Source: Candidatus Omnitrophota bacterium
Lineage (GTDB): Bacteria; Omnitrophota; Gorgyraeia; Zapsychrales; JANLHA01
Reading direction: 5' to 3'
Assembly: GCA_963662715.1 (NCBI GenBank)
Contig: OY759724.1
Span: 1,440,001 to 1,472,000 of the forward strand
Length of the DNA: 32,000 nucleotides
A program made the translations under genes and the position numbers. The notes beneath the pieces were generated by a model. The model did not search any database, was not told the origin of the DNA, and was given only the letters and a program-made list of their open reading frames with translations. Shown piece after piece: positions 1 through 8,706 of this stretch. The number at the start of each line of letters is the position of its first letter. Within the stretch, counting starts at the first letter, position 1.

Positions 1-99
1 GATTTTCTTCCGGTAAATATCGATCGTGTAGCTCATGGATTGGAATGTGTAGAAAGAAATTCCGATGGGCAATAAAACCTTTAAGGTTACAAAATCTCT

Positions 100-339
100 G
101 TGGAACCCCAGGTGATTCAGAATTTTTACAAAGTTAAAGGCGAAGAAATTGAAATATTTGAAAATAAAAAGGATCAAAAGGTTCGCTATGACGCTGATCG
201 CAAGGAATGTTTTTCTTTTCTGTTCCGTCTCCTCCCGGGATATTTTTATGCCGGCAAAATAATCTATGCTCGTGGAAATGATGATGAGGCCAAGGTACCG
301 GAAATCCCACCATCCGTAAAAGAAATAGCTGGATATTAA
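100..339 (+). CDS. hypothetical small protein (weakly supported)
   Basis: The ORF has 79 codons, a GTG start and no convincing SD. Its translation looks protein-like, whereas the overlapping minus ORF 134..457 looks like junk. I recognise no family. Confidence 0.25.
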   Translation: MEPQVIQNFYKVKGEEIEIFENKKDQKVRYDADRKECFSFLFRLLPGYFYAGKIIYARGNDDEAKVPEIPPSVKEIAGY

Positions 340-428
340 TATGAAATAAAGCCGGGCTTTTCCTTTTAGATATATATAGGTTGAAAAAAACAATACGATA
401 AAGACTAAAAAAGAAATGGAATTGAAGT

Positions 429-1421
429 TCATGAGTTATCCTGGAGGTGTTTGACAATGATATTATACAGTCTCAGGGCCACCCGATTGAGCTCCTCCCG
501 GGATGACGGATGAATGTTGTCGGAATAATGTTTTTCCTGGTAATAATTCTTGAAATTATAATAATGAATATTTTCATGGCTTTCTGCCATCCCGGGAAAA
601 CGGTCGTTGATCGGCAGCTTCGTCATGTTGTTTTCCTGCTCAATAAAAACGATTTTTTGTTTGTCTTTTGACAGCTGGTTGAAGAAAAAAGGCAAAAGCT
701 CCGACAGGGCAGGCTGTTCCTTGGGGGTCCTCTGCGCAAAAGCCGTTACGTTATTGGTTTGCATCCAATCCCCGGCTGTGTTTAATGTGTAAGGGAAGAA
801 ATTCATAACGGGCAGCGCCCCTATTTTCAGCGCCAGATTGTTTATCGCTTTTTTGCATTTCACCCGGGTGATGATATGTGTTCTGATTATGGGGAAGAAG
901 GAATATAAAAAGCTTTCCACCAGCTCATCTCTGGTGTATAAATCGAATATTTCATGAGTCCGGATTCTTTTCATTTCGGGAAGGAATATGAGCTTTTTGG
1001 CTTCTGTCCGGAACAAAGGGGCTTCATACCCGAAAGTCATGGGGACAATGTGGGCAATGATGAGGTCGGGATCGTATTTCCTGACATAATTATAAATAAT
1101 AATATAGTCCGCGATGGAAGAGCCGCACATGGAAAAATTTCCTATTTCAAAATCAATGGCCGGATTTGTTTTTTTCAGCGCTTCTATCTCGGAGACAATC
1201 CCGCTCAGCTGGAATACGGAATTTCCCAGCAGGATAACTCTTTTCTTGGTTTTCGGCGGCATTGTTGTGAAAGGCAGCCCATATGTGCCGTATTCAATTT
1301 TTTTGTGAACCACAACATTGTGCTGTTCATGAGGTAGGACATGAAAAATATACAGAAGAAAAAAAAGTGTCGTCAGCGGCAGAAATTTGATAATAGCCTT
1401 AGTTCTGTTAATATCCCTCAC
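429..1421 (-). CDS. membrane-anchored SGNH/GDSL-type hydrolase
   Basis: The product is 330 aa with a GTG start preceded by GAAAGGG. It has an N-terminal TM anchor (LPLTTLFFLLYIFHVL). SGNH block I (VILLGNSVF) and block V D-x-x-H (DNIHPS) are both present. Confidence 0.6.
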   Translation of the reverse strand: MRDINRTKAIIKFLPLTTLFFLLYIFHVLPHEQHNVVVHKKIEYGTYGLPFTTMPPKTKKRVILLGNSVFQLSGIVSEIEALKKTNPAIDFEIGNFSMCGSSIADYIIIYNYVRKYDPDLIIAHIVPMTFGYEAPLFRTEAKKLIFLPEMKRIRTHEIFDLYTRDELVESFLYSFFPIIRTHIITRVKCKKAINNLALKIGALPVMNFFPYTLNTAGDWMQTNNVTAFAQRTPKEQPALSELLPFFFNQLSKDKQKIVFIEQENNMTKLPINDRFPGMAESHENIHYYNFKNYYQEKHYSDNIHPSSREELNRVALRLYNIIVKHLQDNS

Positions 1422-1803
1422 CGTAGCCCTTTCGGAACTTTTTGTTTTATTTCATCGCGAATTTGTTCGTACGACCTGTTTTTTCCGTTAAGCATATATA
1501 TTATTTATAACAAAAATAATCATAAAATTTATAGAATTATTTAAGAAAAGTAATCCTGGATACGGAAGCCCGTCAGCCGGGGAAGTTTATCTCTTGGAGA
1601 AGTCAGGGACATGCCCTTTACCGGAAGTTGATATTCAGCATAAAAAGAGCGCCGTCAAAAAATAAAATGTTATAATAAAAAACATTATTTTTCGTATGTT
1701 CTCAAGTTTTTTGTTTGCCCGGGGTGTTCCGCCTTAACGCCGTAATAAGGCACGCTTTTTCATCGCAAATCAATGAGTTGCTCTTTATTAAGGACGGGTT
1801 TTT

Positions 1804-2478
1804 ATGAAAAAAATAATTTTTCTGACTTTCCTAATAGCGTCTTTTTCCGTCAGATTTCTGTTGGCTGACGTAAGGCCGGTCAGCGGTGCGGCCTGGAAGA
1901 CGATGAGTCAAAGAGATAAGGAATTATATATATCAGGACTTGTCGAAGGCTCTTTGATATATGAAAGGCAGCTGTTGCCCCCCCGGGAAGAAGGAGGGGG
2001 ATATGAGGTCTTTAATTTTTTTCCACAAATGTCTTTTGAAAACTGGATTGTCGCCTTAGATAAATTTTATGAAAATGAAAAGAATGTTTATGTTGCCGTT
2101 GTTCCTGCCTTACATGCCGTCAAGATGCTCATATCCGGCGTCAAAGACGAGGATATTGAAAATTACCTCGATACAGAAAGAAAAGCCGGCGCGGACATTG
2201 TTCAAAAAATGAAGCATAGCTCATCGCCGGGATTGGAGGGAGGCGATGGGCCGCGAGGTAACCCCGGCATTGACATGCAGAATTATTTTGAAGATACGAT
2301 CCCTCTGGCCGGAGGGACGAAGTTTAAAGTCCTTGTTAACGCCACTACCGGCGTTGTGGAGTATTTTTGGCGCCCCGCTGAAGGCTGGCTTCCCGCGAGC
2401 GGTTCTCATATAAACTTCCAGGAGCTGTATAAAATACGGCAGACATTACAATTACTCCCAGGTAATTCCACAGAATAA
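1804..2478 (+). CDS. secreted hypothetical protein
   Basis: The product is 224 aa with an ATG start and AAGGA upstream. It has an N-terminal signal peptide (MKKIIFLTFLIASFSVRFLLA). I recognise no family motif. Confidence 0.6.
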   Translation: MKKIIFLTFLIASFSVRFLLADVRPVSGAAWKTMSQRDKELYISGLVEGSLIYERQLLPPREEGGGYEVFNFFPQMSFENWIVALDKFYENEKNVYVAVVPALHAVKMLISGVKDEDIENYLDTERKAGADIVQKMKHSSSPGLEGGDGPRGNPGIDMQNYFEDTIPLAGGTKFKVLVNATTGVVEYFWRPAEGWLPASGSHINFQELYKIRQTLQLLPGNSTE

Positions 2479-2531
2479 CGCTGTTTTTCCGTGCTTTTTA
2501 AATGCGTGTTTGATTTTGTGTGCCCGCAAGG

Positions 2532-2560
2532 TTGACAGGTTGATAGTTAAATGGTAAACT
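2532..2560 (+). promoter_or_regulatory. putative sigma70-type promoter for the 2671..4186 operon
   Basis: A -35 TTGACA sits at 2532..2537, followed by a 17-nt spacer ending in TGG (extended -10 TGn). The -10 is TAAACT at 2555..2560, about 110 nt upstream of the ATG at 2671. Confidence 0.4.
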
Positions 2561-2670
2561 ATATGTAGTGTGAAGAACGCCCAAAGAATGTTTTGGTTTT
2601 TGATGACTTGCAGGGCAGACATTTTCATGCGTTTGTTGGAAAATTCCTTGAGGAAAGGAGGTGAGGCGAG

Positions 2671-3195
2671 ATGCCTGAAAAGAAGAAAAATGTCCCTCTT
2701 GTTATAGCCTTATCCATCCCCGTGTTGATGATCCTTCTTATTGCCGTGAGTATTTACCTGCCGGTGCTGTTTGTGAAGCCGGGGATTGATTTTATTTATA
2801 GTCATGGCGGAGACTATTGTTCCCGGGACAAATATTCCGTCCGGGATGAAAAGATTGTTGAGAATGCCGTAAAAGAGAATTCTAAAAACCATGGATGCGG
2901 TTATCAGGGAGAGGTCAAACTTTATTACTATGACGTGCAGAGAGACACAGCGCGGGAAATAACATTTGAAGAAGCTAAGAATTATCAATTAGATAATCAT
3001 TCCAAATCTTTGGACGGGTTCGAGGTTGTCCCCGGCAACCAAAGTTTTGATATTCTTTTCTTTAGCGGGTCGTCCTATTACGACAAATATTTAAAAAAAG
3101 GGGCTTTCAGCCGCAAGCTGAATATAGGCAAAGCCTATTATTATAGTTTTAAATTTATCGGCTGGATAAAGGAGTCGTCTCATGAACAAGGATAA
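2671..3195 (+). CDS. N-terminally membrane-anchored hypothetical protein
   Basis: The product is 174 aa with a strong SD (AAAGGAGGTGAGG) upstream of the ATG. A single TM helix (VPLVIALSIPVLMILLIAVSIYLPVLF) is followed by a soluble domain. The gene overlaps the next one by 14 nt. Confidence 0.65.
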   Translation: MPEKKKNVPLVIALSIPVLMILLIAVSIYLPVLFVKPGIDFIYSHGGDYCSRDKYSVRDEKIVENAVKENSKNHGCGYQGEVKLYYYDVQRDTAREITFEEAKNYQLDNHSKSLDGFEVVPGNQSFDILFFSGSSYYDKYLKKGAFSRKLNIGKAYYYSFKFIGWIKESSHEQG

Positions 3196-4186
3196 CGTTA
3201 TCAGAGAGGTTGCCTGTTTGATCAGGTCTGGATGCTTGACGAAAAATGAGTTGCTGGAGGTTTACCGGGAATCCGTTTCCCCGGACGATCAGGAGACGTT
3301 AAGCAAGCAGTCCCGTATCTCCAATATCCTTTATTATATCGGAGGGGCTATTGTTTTTCTGGGGATTTGCATCTTTGTCGGCACCAATTGGGCGAGCCTG
3401 AACGATGTCACGAAAATCATGGCGACCCTGGGGTCATCAGTTATGATCTATGTGGCCGCTGTTTTGTTAAGCCGGTATGACCATTTGGAGAAAGTGAGCG
3501 ATGCTTTTTACTTCATTTCGGCTCTGATTGCGCCTTTGGGAATTTTTATAACAGCGGACATCGCGGGGATAGACACCAGCACCGCGGGCAGTCACAGCAT
3601 GGTGGCCGCGATTGTGTTGACGGTGCAGATGCTTTCTTTCTGTTTTGACCGGAGAAATGTCTTTGTGATCTTTGGCGTGATTTTCGGGACGTGGCTTTTT
3701 TTCGGCCTGACGACATTCCTGATCGGGGGGCGGCCTTTTACAAATTGGGATTTCGTGAAGTACCGGTGGCTGATCGCCGGCCTGAGCCATATGGTTTTGG
3801 GGTATGCCCTGGCTGATACGAGCAGGAAAGGGTTGACTCCTTATCTTTACGGATTCGGATCCTGGGAGTTCCTGAATGCCGGACTTCTGCTGGGCGGCTG
3901 GTCGCCGAATCAAAACGTGTTTTGGGAGCTGGCTTTCCCGGGACTGGCTTTCGGGATAATGTTTTTGAGTGTTTATGCCAAGGTCCGGTCGTTTTTAGTC
4001 TTCGGGACGATATATTTAATGTTTTATATCTTGAAAATTACACACGAATATTTTACGTCCGGATTCGGCTGGGCCTTATCGTTGGTTGTCATTGGATTCA
4101 CCCTTATGGGGATCGGATATTTTGCGTATTCCTTGAATAAAAAGTACCTTCAGCCGCACGGGGGAACGCAGCGGATGTCAGTATGA
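3182..4186 (+). CDS. polytopic integral membrane protein (unknown family)
   Basis: The product is 334 aa with AAGGAG 8 nt upstream of the ATG. A soluble N-terminus of about 50 aa is followed by roughly 8-9 hydrophobic segments. It appears translationally coupled to 2671..3195. Confidence 0.7.
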   Translation: MNKDNVIREVACLIRSGCLTKNELLEVYRESVSPDDQETLSKQSRISNILYYIGGAIVFLGICIFVGTNWASLNDVTKIMATLGSSVMIYVAAVLLSRYDHLEKVSDAFYFISALIAPLGIFITADIAGIDTSTAGSHSMVAAIVLTVQMLSFCFDRRNVFVIFGVIFGTWLFFGLTTFLIGGRPFTNWDFVKYRWLIAGLSHMVLGYALADTSRKGLTPYLYGFGSWEFLNAGLLLGGWSPNQNVFWELAFPGLAFGIMFLSVYAKVRSFLVFGTIYLMFYILKITHEYFTSGFGWALSLVVIGFTLMGIGYFAYSLNKKYLQPHGGTQRMSV

Positions 4187-4969
4187 CGATATCTGACACC
4201 TCTGGTGAGCCATTTTTTGCAGAAAAGCCGCTGTCCCGGGGGGGACGTTTTTAGGGGAGGGAAGCCCCATGGGTGAGGCCTGAAAAAAAGTCGCGTAAAA
4301 AACACAGGCAGCTAAATATGTCCCTGTCATGTTGGGATGGACATCATCGGCATAAAGGTTAATGTCCGGTCTTTGAGTGCGTACATCTTCCCAGGCCATT
4401 CCGACAGGGGCCACAAGCGCTTGATTGTCCCGGGCCATCTTAAGATAACTCCTGTTTATTCTTTGCTGCATTCCCTTGTAGCTTCCCAGTTCCGGAGAAA
4501 CGTGAGCATTGCCCGGGTCCCCGTTTTTTCGCGCCATGGTCATATAAAATACGATCCGGGTTTTGGGGTGAGCCTGTTTGCTCAGTTCCGTGAGTTTCTT
4601 GGCGTACGGAAAGACTTCTTTCTCCACCTGTCTCTGAGAGAAAGCCGGCGTCTGGCTCTGCTCCTGCAGGACGACAAAATCCCAAGGCTGTTCTCTGATT
4701 TTTTTCAGCACGCCCGGGTCAGAGGCATGTTGAACCAATTTCCGCCCTCCCCGGGCGTAGACGTCATAAACAATATTGTGTCCTCTGGATTCCGCCAGAA
4801 TTTTTATCATTCCCGGGAGATCATTGACATATGTTAAGCTGTTTCCGATGTATAAAATGCGGATAGTCTGATTCTCTTGCGGACCGGCCGCCCGCAGCGC
4901 CGGGCAGAACGCAAAGAGCAGGAGAAACAGTGTTGTGAAAAAGGCAGGGATATTTTTATTTATACTCAT
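4178..4969 (-). CDS. secreted SGNH-type hydrolase
   Basis: The product is 263 aa with a signal peptide (FFTTLFLLLFAFCPALRAAG). SGNH block I (ILYIGNSLTY) and block V D-x-x-H (DDVHPN) are present. Its 3' end overlaps the convergent gene by 9 nt. Confidence 0.7.
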   Translation of the reverse strand: MSINKNIPAFFTTLFLLLFAFCPALRAAGPQENQTIRILYIGNSLTYVNDLPGMIKILAESRGHNIVYDVYARGGRKLVQHASDPGVLKKIREQPWDFVVLQEQSQTPAFSQRQVEKEVFPYAKKLTELSKQAHPKTRIVFYMTMARKNGDPGNAHVSPELGSYKGMQQRINRSYLKMARDNQALVAPVGMAWEDVRTQRPDINLYADDVHPNMTGTYLAACVFYATFFQASPMGLPSPKNVPPGTAAFLQKMAHQRCQISSY

Positions 4970-5154
4970 CTGAAGGATATTTGCGTTTTGCCGGGAGTTG
5001 TAGGCGTAATATCAAAAGGAAAAGAACGGCCTTCTCCTTGCTGTCAATATAGCATTTTTTGAGGGAAAGAACAATTTTTCATGAACATGCTTCCCTGGAC
5101 ATGACGGGGGACAGGGATGATCCCGGGGAACCGCTCCGAAAAAAATTTTAATTT

Positions 5155-5182
5155 TTCACAATGTCATGTATACTGTTAAAAT
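5155..5182 (+). promoter_or_regulatory. putative sigma70-type promoter for 5276..5647
   Basis: A -35 TTCACA sits at 5155..5160, then a 16-nt spacer, then a -10 TAAAAT at 5177..5182. A 7-bp inverted repeat (TGTCATG 5162..5168 / CATGACA 5190..5196) brackets the -10 and could be an operator. Confidence 0.35.
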
Positions 5183-5275
5183 CATTGCCCATGACAGAGA
5201 TGGTTTATCCGCCATTCCGATGATTTTTTTGCGCGTGAGGCGATATGCCCGCATGGACATTCCAGGGAGGGGAAA

Positions 5276-5647
5276 ATGAGCTTTTGCACTTCAATTCATT
5301 GTATAGACGGAAGGATACAGGAGCCTTTAATAAAATACTTGAAAGCAGAATTCGCCGTGGATTATGTTGATGCCATAACAGAAGCGGGCGCCTGTAAAAT
5401 ACTCGCCGAACATACAGATAAAACCGCAGTAGACTCCATCCTCCTTCGAACAGCCATTTCCCTCAACAACCATGGATCGAGGCTTATTGCTGTTTCCGGG
5501 CATTATGATTGTGCGGGAAATCCGGTTGACGAAGCAACACAAAAGGATCAAATTGAGAAATCCCTGGCTTACCTGGCGACTCTTTATCCTGACACAGCCC
5601 TCGTTGGATTATGGATAGATCATCAATGGACGGTCCATCGCCTTTGA
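5276..5647 (+). CDS. small protein with a beta-carbonic-anhydrase-like Cys/His metal-site signature
   Basis: The product is 123 aa with SD AGGGAGGGG upstream. It carries C9-x-D11-x-R13 (HCIDGR) and H76-x-x-C79 (GHYDCAG). This matches the beta-CA ligand pattern C-x-D-x-R ... H-x-x-C, but the protein is much shorter than canonical beta-CAs. Confidence 0.5.
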   Translation: MSFCTSIHCIDGRIQEPLIKYLKAEFAVDYVDAITEAGACKILAEHTDKTAVDSILLRTAISLNNHGSRLIAVSGHYDCAGNPVDEATQKDQIEKSLAYLATLYPDTALVGLWIDHQWTVHRL

Positions 5648-5773
5648 GGCGTGTTGCTTGCCCCTTCCTTCTGTCGGACGTCTCTGGGGAACTTGCTGGC
5701 GGGGCCCTTTTTGTGTAAGATCGTTCTTTCTCCTGCGACTTAATACGGGAAGAAGAAACGAGGAGGTGTTCTT

Positions 5774-6373
5774 ATGAGAAACAACTGTGGGATGAATACC
5801 GGCTGGGCTGCCGTATTGGCGGTGTTTCTTTTATTGCCCCAGCCTGCTTTTGCCGGGGAAGCTTATACGATTGATCCGGATCACTCGACCATTGGATTCT
5901 CGGTCAAGCATATGATGGTCAGTGAGGTTAAAGGGGCTTTCGCGGATTATCAGGGAACGATCAGCTATGATCCGCAAGACCTGTCAGCGACAAAGATTGA
6001 TGTGGTCATTCAGGCGAAAAGCATTGATACCCGCTTGCCGAAAAGGGACGAGCATTTACGTAATTCTGATTTTCTGAATACAGGTGAATATCCTCAGATA
6101 ACGTTCGTAAGTCAAGGGATTAACAAGACGGCGAGTAATTACGTGATTGTCGGGGCCTTGACGATCCGGGGGGTGACCAGGACCATTGCTATTCCTGCGC
6201 AGATTACCGGGCCGGTCAACAGCCCGTTCGGCGGTCAGCTGCTCGGTATTGTCGGGGAGACTGTTATTAACCGGCAGGATTTTAATGTGTCCTGGAATCA
6301 GCTCATGGACTCGGGAGGTTATGTTGTCGGCAATGACGTTAATCTGATTATCAGTGTCGAAGCAAAAAGATAG
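5774..6373 (+). CDS. yceI: YceI-family periplasmic polyisoprenoid-binding protein
   Basis: The product is 199 aa with SD GAGGAGG and a signal peptide ending in AFAGEA. It shows the hallmark YceI N-terminal block YTIDPDHSTIGFSVKHMMVSEVKGAF, plus SIDTRLPKRDEHLRNSDFL and YPQITF. Confidence 0.9.
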   Translation: MRNNCGMNTGWAAVLAVFLLLPQPAFAGEAYTIDPDHSTIGFSVKHMMVSEVKGAFADYQGTISYDPQDLSATKIDVVIQAKSIDTRLPKRDEHLRNSDFLNTGEYPQITFVSQGINKTASNYVIVGALTIRGVTRTIAIPAQITGPVNSPFGGQLLGIVGETVINRQDFNVSWNQLMDSGGYVVGNDVNLIISVEAKR

Positions 6374-6404
6374 CGGCCGTTTTTCGAAAGAATATCCTGT
6401 CAGG

Positions 6405-6450
6405 AAACAGCCGGGATGAAGGACGATATGTCTTTCCCCGGCTGTTTTTC
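6405..6450 (+). terminator. putative intrinsic terminator after yceI
   Basis: AAACAGCCGGG (6405..6415) pairs perfectly with CCCGGCTGTTT (6437..6447), and the stem runs into TTTTT. It lies 31 nt after the yceI stop. The 21-nt loop is longer than is typical. Confidence 0.55.
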
Positions 6451-6686
6451 CGGACGTTATTTCTTCGTTGGATGTCTCTTGCGGATTTTCCAGAAAGGCC
6501 TTGCGGCGCTTGTTATTTTTTTTATGAACCAAAGTGTTCAGCCCCCTTTTTTTTGATATAATCAACAACAGATACCTTTATGTTTTAAAATGCCGGATGC
6601 GTGTCGGGGAGATCCGTAACAAAGCCTGCGTCTCATGTGATGTCGCAAAGGCAAGCCAGATTAGCTTTTTCGGAAGGAGATGGACG

Positions 6687-7208
6687 ATGCTTAAAGAAGT
6701 GATTGTTCGGGAGGAGCAGCCGGATGACATTCCGGCTATCCGGGAGGTCAATAATCTTGCCTTTGGACAGTCTCAGGAAGCCAGTATTATTGATGCCCTG
6801 CGAGAGAATTGTCCTGAAATTATGTCCTTGGTGGCCATTTACCATAATAAGATTATTGGACATATCCTTTTTAGTCCCGCGGAAATAAAAACGGAGGACC
6901 GCAGCATAACAGGCATGGGGCTGGCCCCTATGTGTGTTCTCCCTGAATATCAGCGGCGAGGTGTCGGGTCGACCTTGGTCAGGACAGGAGTTTTTTCGTT
7001 AAGGGCGAGATCCTGTCCTTTTATGATTGTTTTAGGGTATCCTCAGTTTTATACCCGTTTCGGATTTGAACAAGCCGGCACTCATCATATTCAGAGTGAA
7101 TGGGATGTTCCGGATGAAGCTTTTATGATCATGATTTTTGACGAGGTCGCTTTAAGGGGCGTACAGGGTACGGCCCGGTACCGTCCGGAATTTGCGGCGG
7201 CGATGTGA
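6687..7208 (+). CDS. GNAT family N-acetyltransferase
   Basis: The product is 173 aa from the ATG at 6687, with GGAAGGAGA 7 nt upstream. It has the GNAT acetyl-CoA motif QRRGVGSTLV and the overall YhbS-like layout. The upstream extension to 6534 has no SD and a junk-like translation. Confidence 0.85.
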   Translation: MLKEVIVREEQPDDIPAIREVNNLAFGQSQEASIIDALRENCPEIMSLVAIYHNKIIGHILFSPAEIKTEDRSITGMGLAPMCVLPEYQRRGVGSTLVRTGVFSLRARSCPFMIVLGYPQFYTRFGFEQAGTHHIQSEWDVPDEAFMIMIFDEVALRGVQGTARYRPEFAAAM

Positions 7209-7217
7209 AAGAGCCTT

Positions 7218-7799
7218 ATGTTCAGCCCTCCACCCGGTTCTAAAATAAAAGTTGTTTATGAACAGGGATATCCTGTTGTTGTCATCCCCCGCCCTTCCGG
7301 AGGTGTTATGCGTTTTTTTATGGGGGCTTTTCTGCTTTTCTGGCTGGGAGGTTGGTTTATGGGATGGCGTTCCGCCGCCGCTCAGCTTATAGGAGGTGCG
7401 GGGCCGGCAGAAATATTTCTGCTTTTCTGGTTGGCCGGCTGGACTGTCGGGGGGCTTTTTGCGGCCGTGTTTTTGTGGCGTATTCTGCGGCCTCCTTTAC
7501 CGGAAGTCTTTTCTTTCTCGTCATCGGAACTGGTTTATGATTCCGGTTTTTCCTCTTTTTGTCCATCAAGAGATTGTTCGGTCCAGTCACAACAGGAAGC
7601 ATGGAAAAAAGCTTTTCCCAAGAGAGTTAAGGTTGCCGTGAATCATATGGATTTAAAAACCCTTAAACTTCGGGAGTTTGAATCCGGAAACCGTCTTACG
7701 GTGGATGTGAAGGGGGAGAGACTGGATTTGGCTGGCGAGGCCGGTGAAGTGGAGAGGGAATGGCTTTATCAGGCCATAAAAAGTTATTACAATCTGTAA
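7218..7799 (+). CDS. membrane protein, two Gly/Trp-rich TM helices plus a soluble C-terminal domain
   Basis: The product is 193 aa and starts 9 nt after the GNAT stop. It contains internally similar TM segments (FLLFWLGGWFMGW / FLLFWLAGWTVGG). I recognise no family. Confidence 0.55.
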   Translation: MFSPPPGSKIKVVYEQGYPVVVIPRPSGGVMRFFMGAFLLFWLGGWFMGWRSAAAQLIGGAGPAEIFLLFWLAGWTVGGLFAAVFLWRILRPPLPEVFSFSSSELVYDSGFSSFCPSRDCSVQSQQEAWKKAFPKRVKVAVNHMDLKTLKLREFESGNRLTVDVKGERLDLAGEAGEVEREWLYQAIKSYYNL

Positions 7800-7961
7800 G
7801 AGGCTTCTGGATCCTGCTGCTCTGACAATTACGGGAAAATTGTTATATACTTGATAATGGCAGAATTTATGCAGCATTTTTCATTCAGGGGCCCCCAAAA
7901 TAGATTCTCGCGGTTGCCTGTTTGAAAGTTTTTAAATTTATTAATATCGAGTGATGAGCCT

Positions 7962-8351
7962 ATGAACGAAAAAGCGTTTAATGTTGGAATTATCAACGGT
8001 TATATCCTGGTTGAATTTTCGCAAGAAACGGTATTGACCTATGATCTGATTATTGAAGCTTTTGATCAAAAGTGTGCTTTGCCGGAATACCAGACAATGC
8101 ATAGTATCTGGGATTTACGGAACTGTAAGCCCCATAAAACGCTTAATTATAAAACGATGATGGATATGGTCAATTATATGAAACAAAATCATCGGACAGA
8201 CTGTGGGCTTAAAAAAGCCTCTATTATCGTGGACAGCCGGCTGGTTTACGGTATGTTAAGAATGTTTCAGATCCTGGGAGAGGATCTTCCTTTTATCGTG
8301 AAGGTGTTCCAGAAGGAGGAAGAAGCTGTTAGCTGGGTTGAAACCGACTGA
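7962..8351 (+). CDS. hypothetical cytoplasmic protein
   Basis: The ORF has 129 codons, is not overlapped by a better ORF and has protein-like composition. The SD is weak. Any STAS-like resemblance is only an impression. Confidence 0.5.
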   Translation: MNEKAFNVGIINGYILVEFSQETVLTYDLIIEAFDQKCALPEYQTMHSIWDLRNCKPHKTLNYKTMMDMVNYMKQNHRTDCGLKKASIIVDSRLVYGMLRMFQILGEDLPFIVKVFQKEEEAVSWVETD

Positions 8352-8684
8352 CAGGTAAAAGGTTCCCTTTTTTGTGCCGTCAGGGTTTTGTCCCGGTTCC
8401 TGCCAAAAATATTGCCGTAAATTCCTTTCTTAAATTTTTCATATAAGTCCTGTGTCACAGCGTTTTGTGTCCCGGCCCAGAATTTTTAGGCCCGGACAGA
8501 ACTATGAGGTATAATGTTGAGCAAACCGTTCTCCTTGAAACCGGGCGTTCCCCGGGCGAACATTGAAAGGACATGAAAGACGGCAGGGTTTTTCTTTGAT
8601 GAGGCGCGCGGTTACTGTCTTTGGAATTTTGCCAAAGAACCTTTTTGTTTGTCAGGATAAAGTTGGTATGATGTTATGTGGCCT

Positions 8685-8706
8685 GAGTGTCTTAAGTGTC
8701 TTTTTG
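8685..8706 (+). repeat. copy A of a shared GTGTC-repeat motif (GAGTGTCTTAAGTGTCTTTTTG)
   Basis: The motif lies 34 nt upstream of the ATG at 8740. It matches 28077..28096 with a single 1-nt indel, including an exact 15-mer TTAAGTGTCTTTTTG. Confidence 0.5.

Noticed and set aside
1-75. An open frame from the window edge to a TAA at 73..75, possibly the 3' end of an upstream gene.
   Set aside because: It has only 24 codons, so an open frame of this length is expected by chance. The fragment has no recognisable motif.
134-457. A 107-aa minus-strand ORF.
   Set aside because: It has low-complexity F/L/H-rich translation and overlaps both the 100..339 ORF and the 3' end of the SGNH gene. Nothing supports it.
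1664-1690. An AT-rich imperfect palindrome (AATGTT-ATAATAAAA-AACATT) with an embedded perfect TATAAT at 1671..1676, which might be a promoter or operator.
   Set aside because: I found no acceptable -35 at 16-18 nt. Such palindromes are common by chance in AT-rich divergent spacers, so it is not strong enough to call.
3467-4837. Antisense ORFs 3467..3913 (-, 148 aa) and 4337..4837 (+, 166 aa).
   Set aside because: Each is nested opposite a better-supported gene, the polytopic membrane protein and the SGNH hydrolase with catalytic motifs. Their translations are Arg/Pro/Ser-rich and non-protein-like.
6056-6568. A 170-aa minus-strand ORF.
   Set aside because: It overlaps the 3' half of the well-supported yceI gene and the terminator region. 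The translation is junk-like and I see no SD.
6534-6686. An N-terminal extension of the GNAT ORF starting at 6534.
   Set aside because: The internal ATG at 6687 has a GGAAGGAGA SD at ideal spacing, and the GNAT fold begins there. The extension has no SD and is not protein-like.
8679-8706. A possible sigma54 promoter reading of the shared motif (TGGCC...).
   Set aside because: The GG-N10-GC spacing of the -24/-12 elements is not satisfied in either copy. Copy A lacks the TTGC element.
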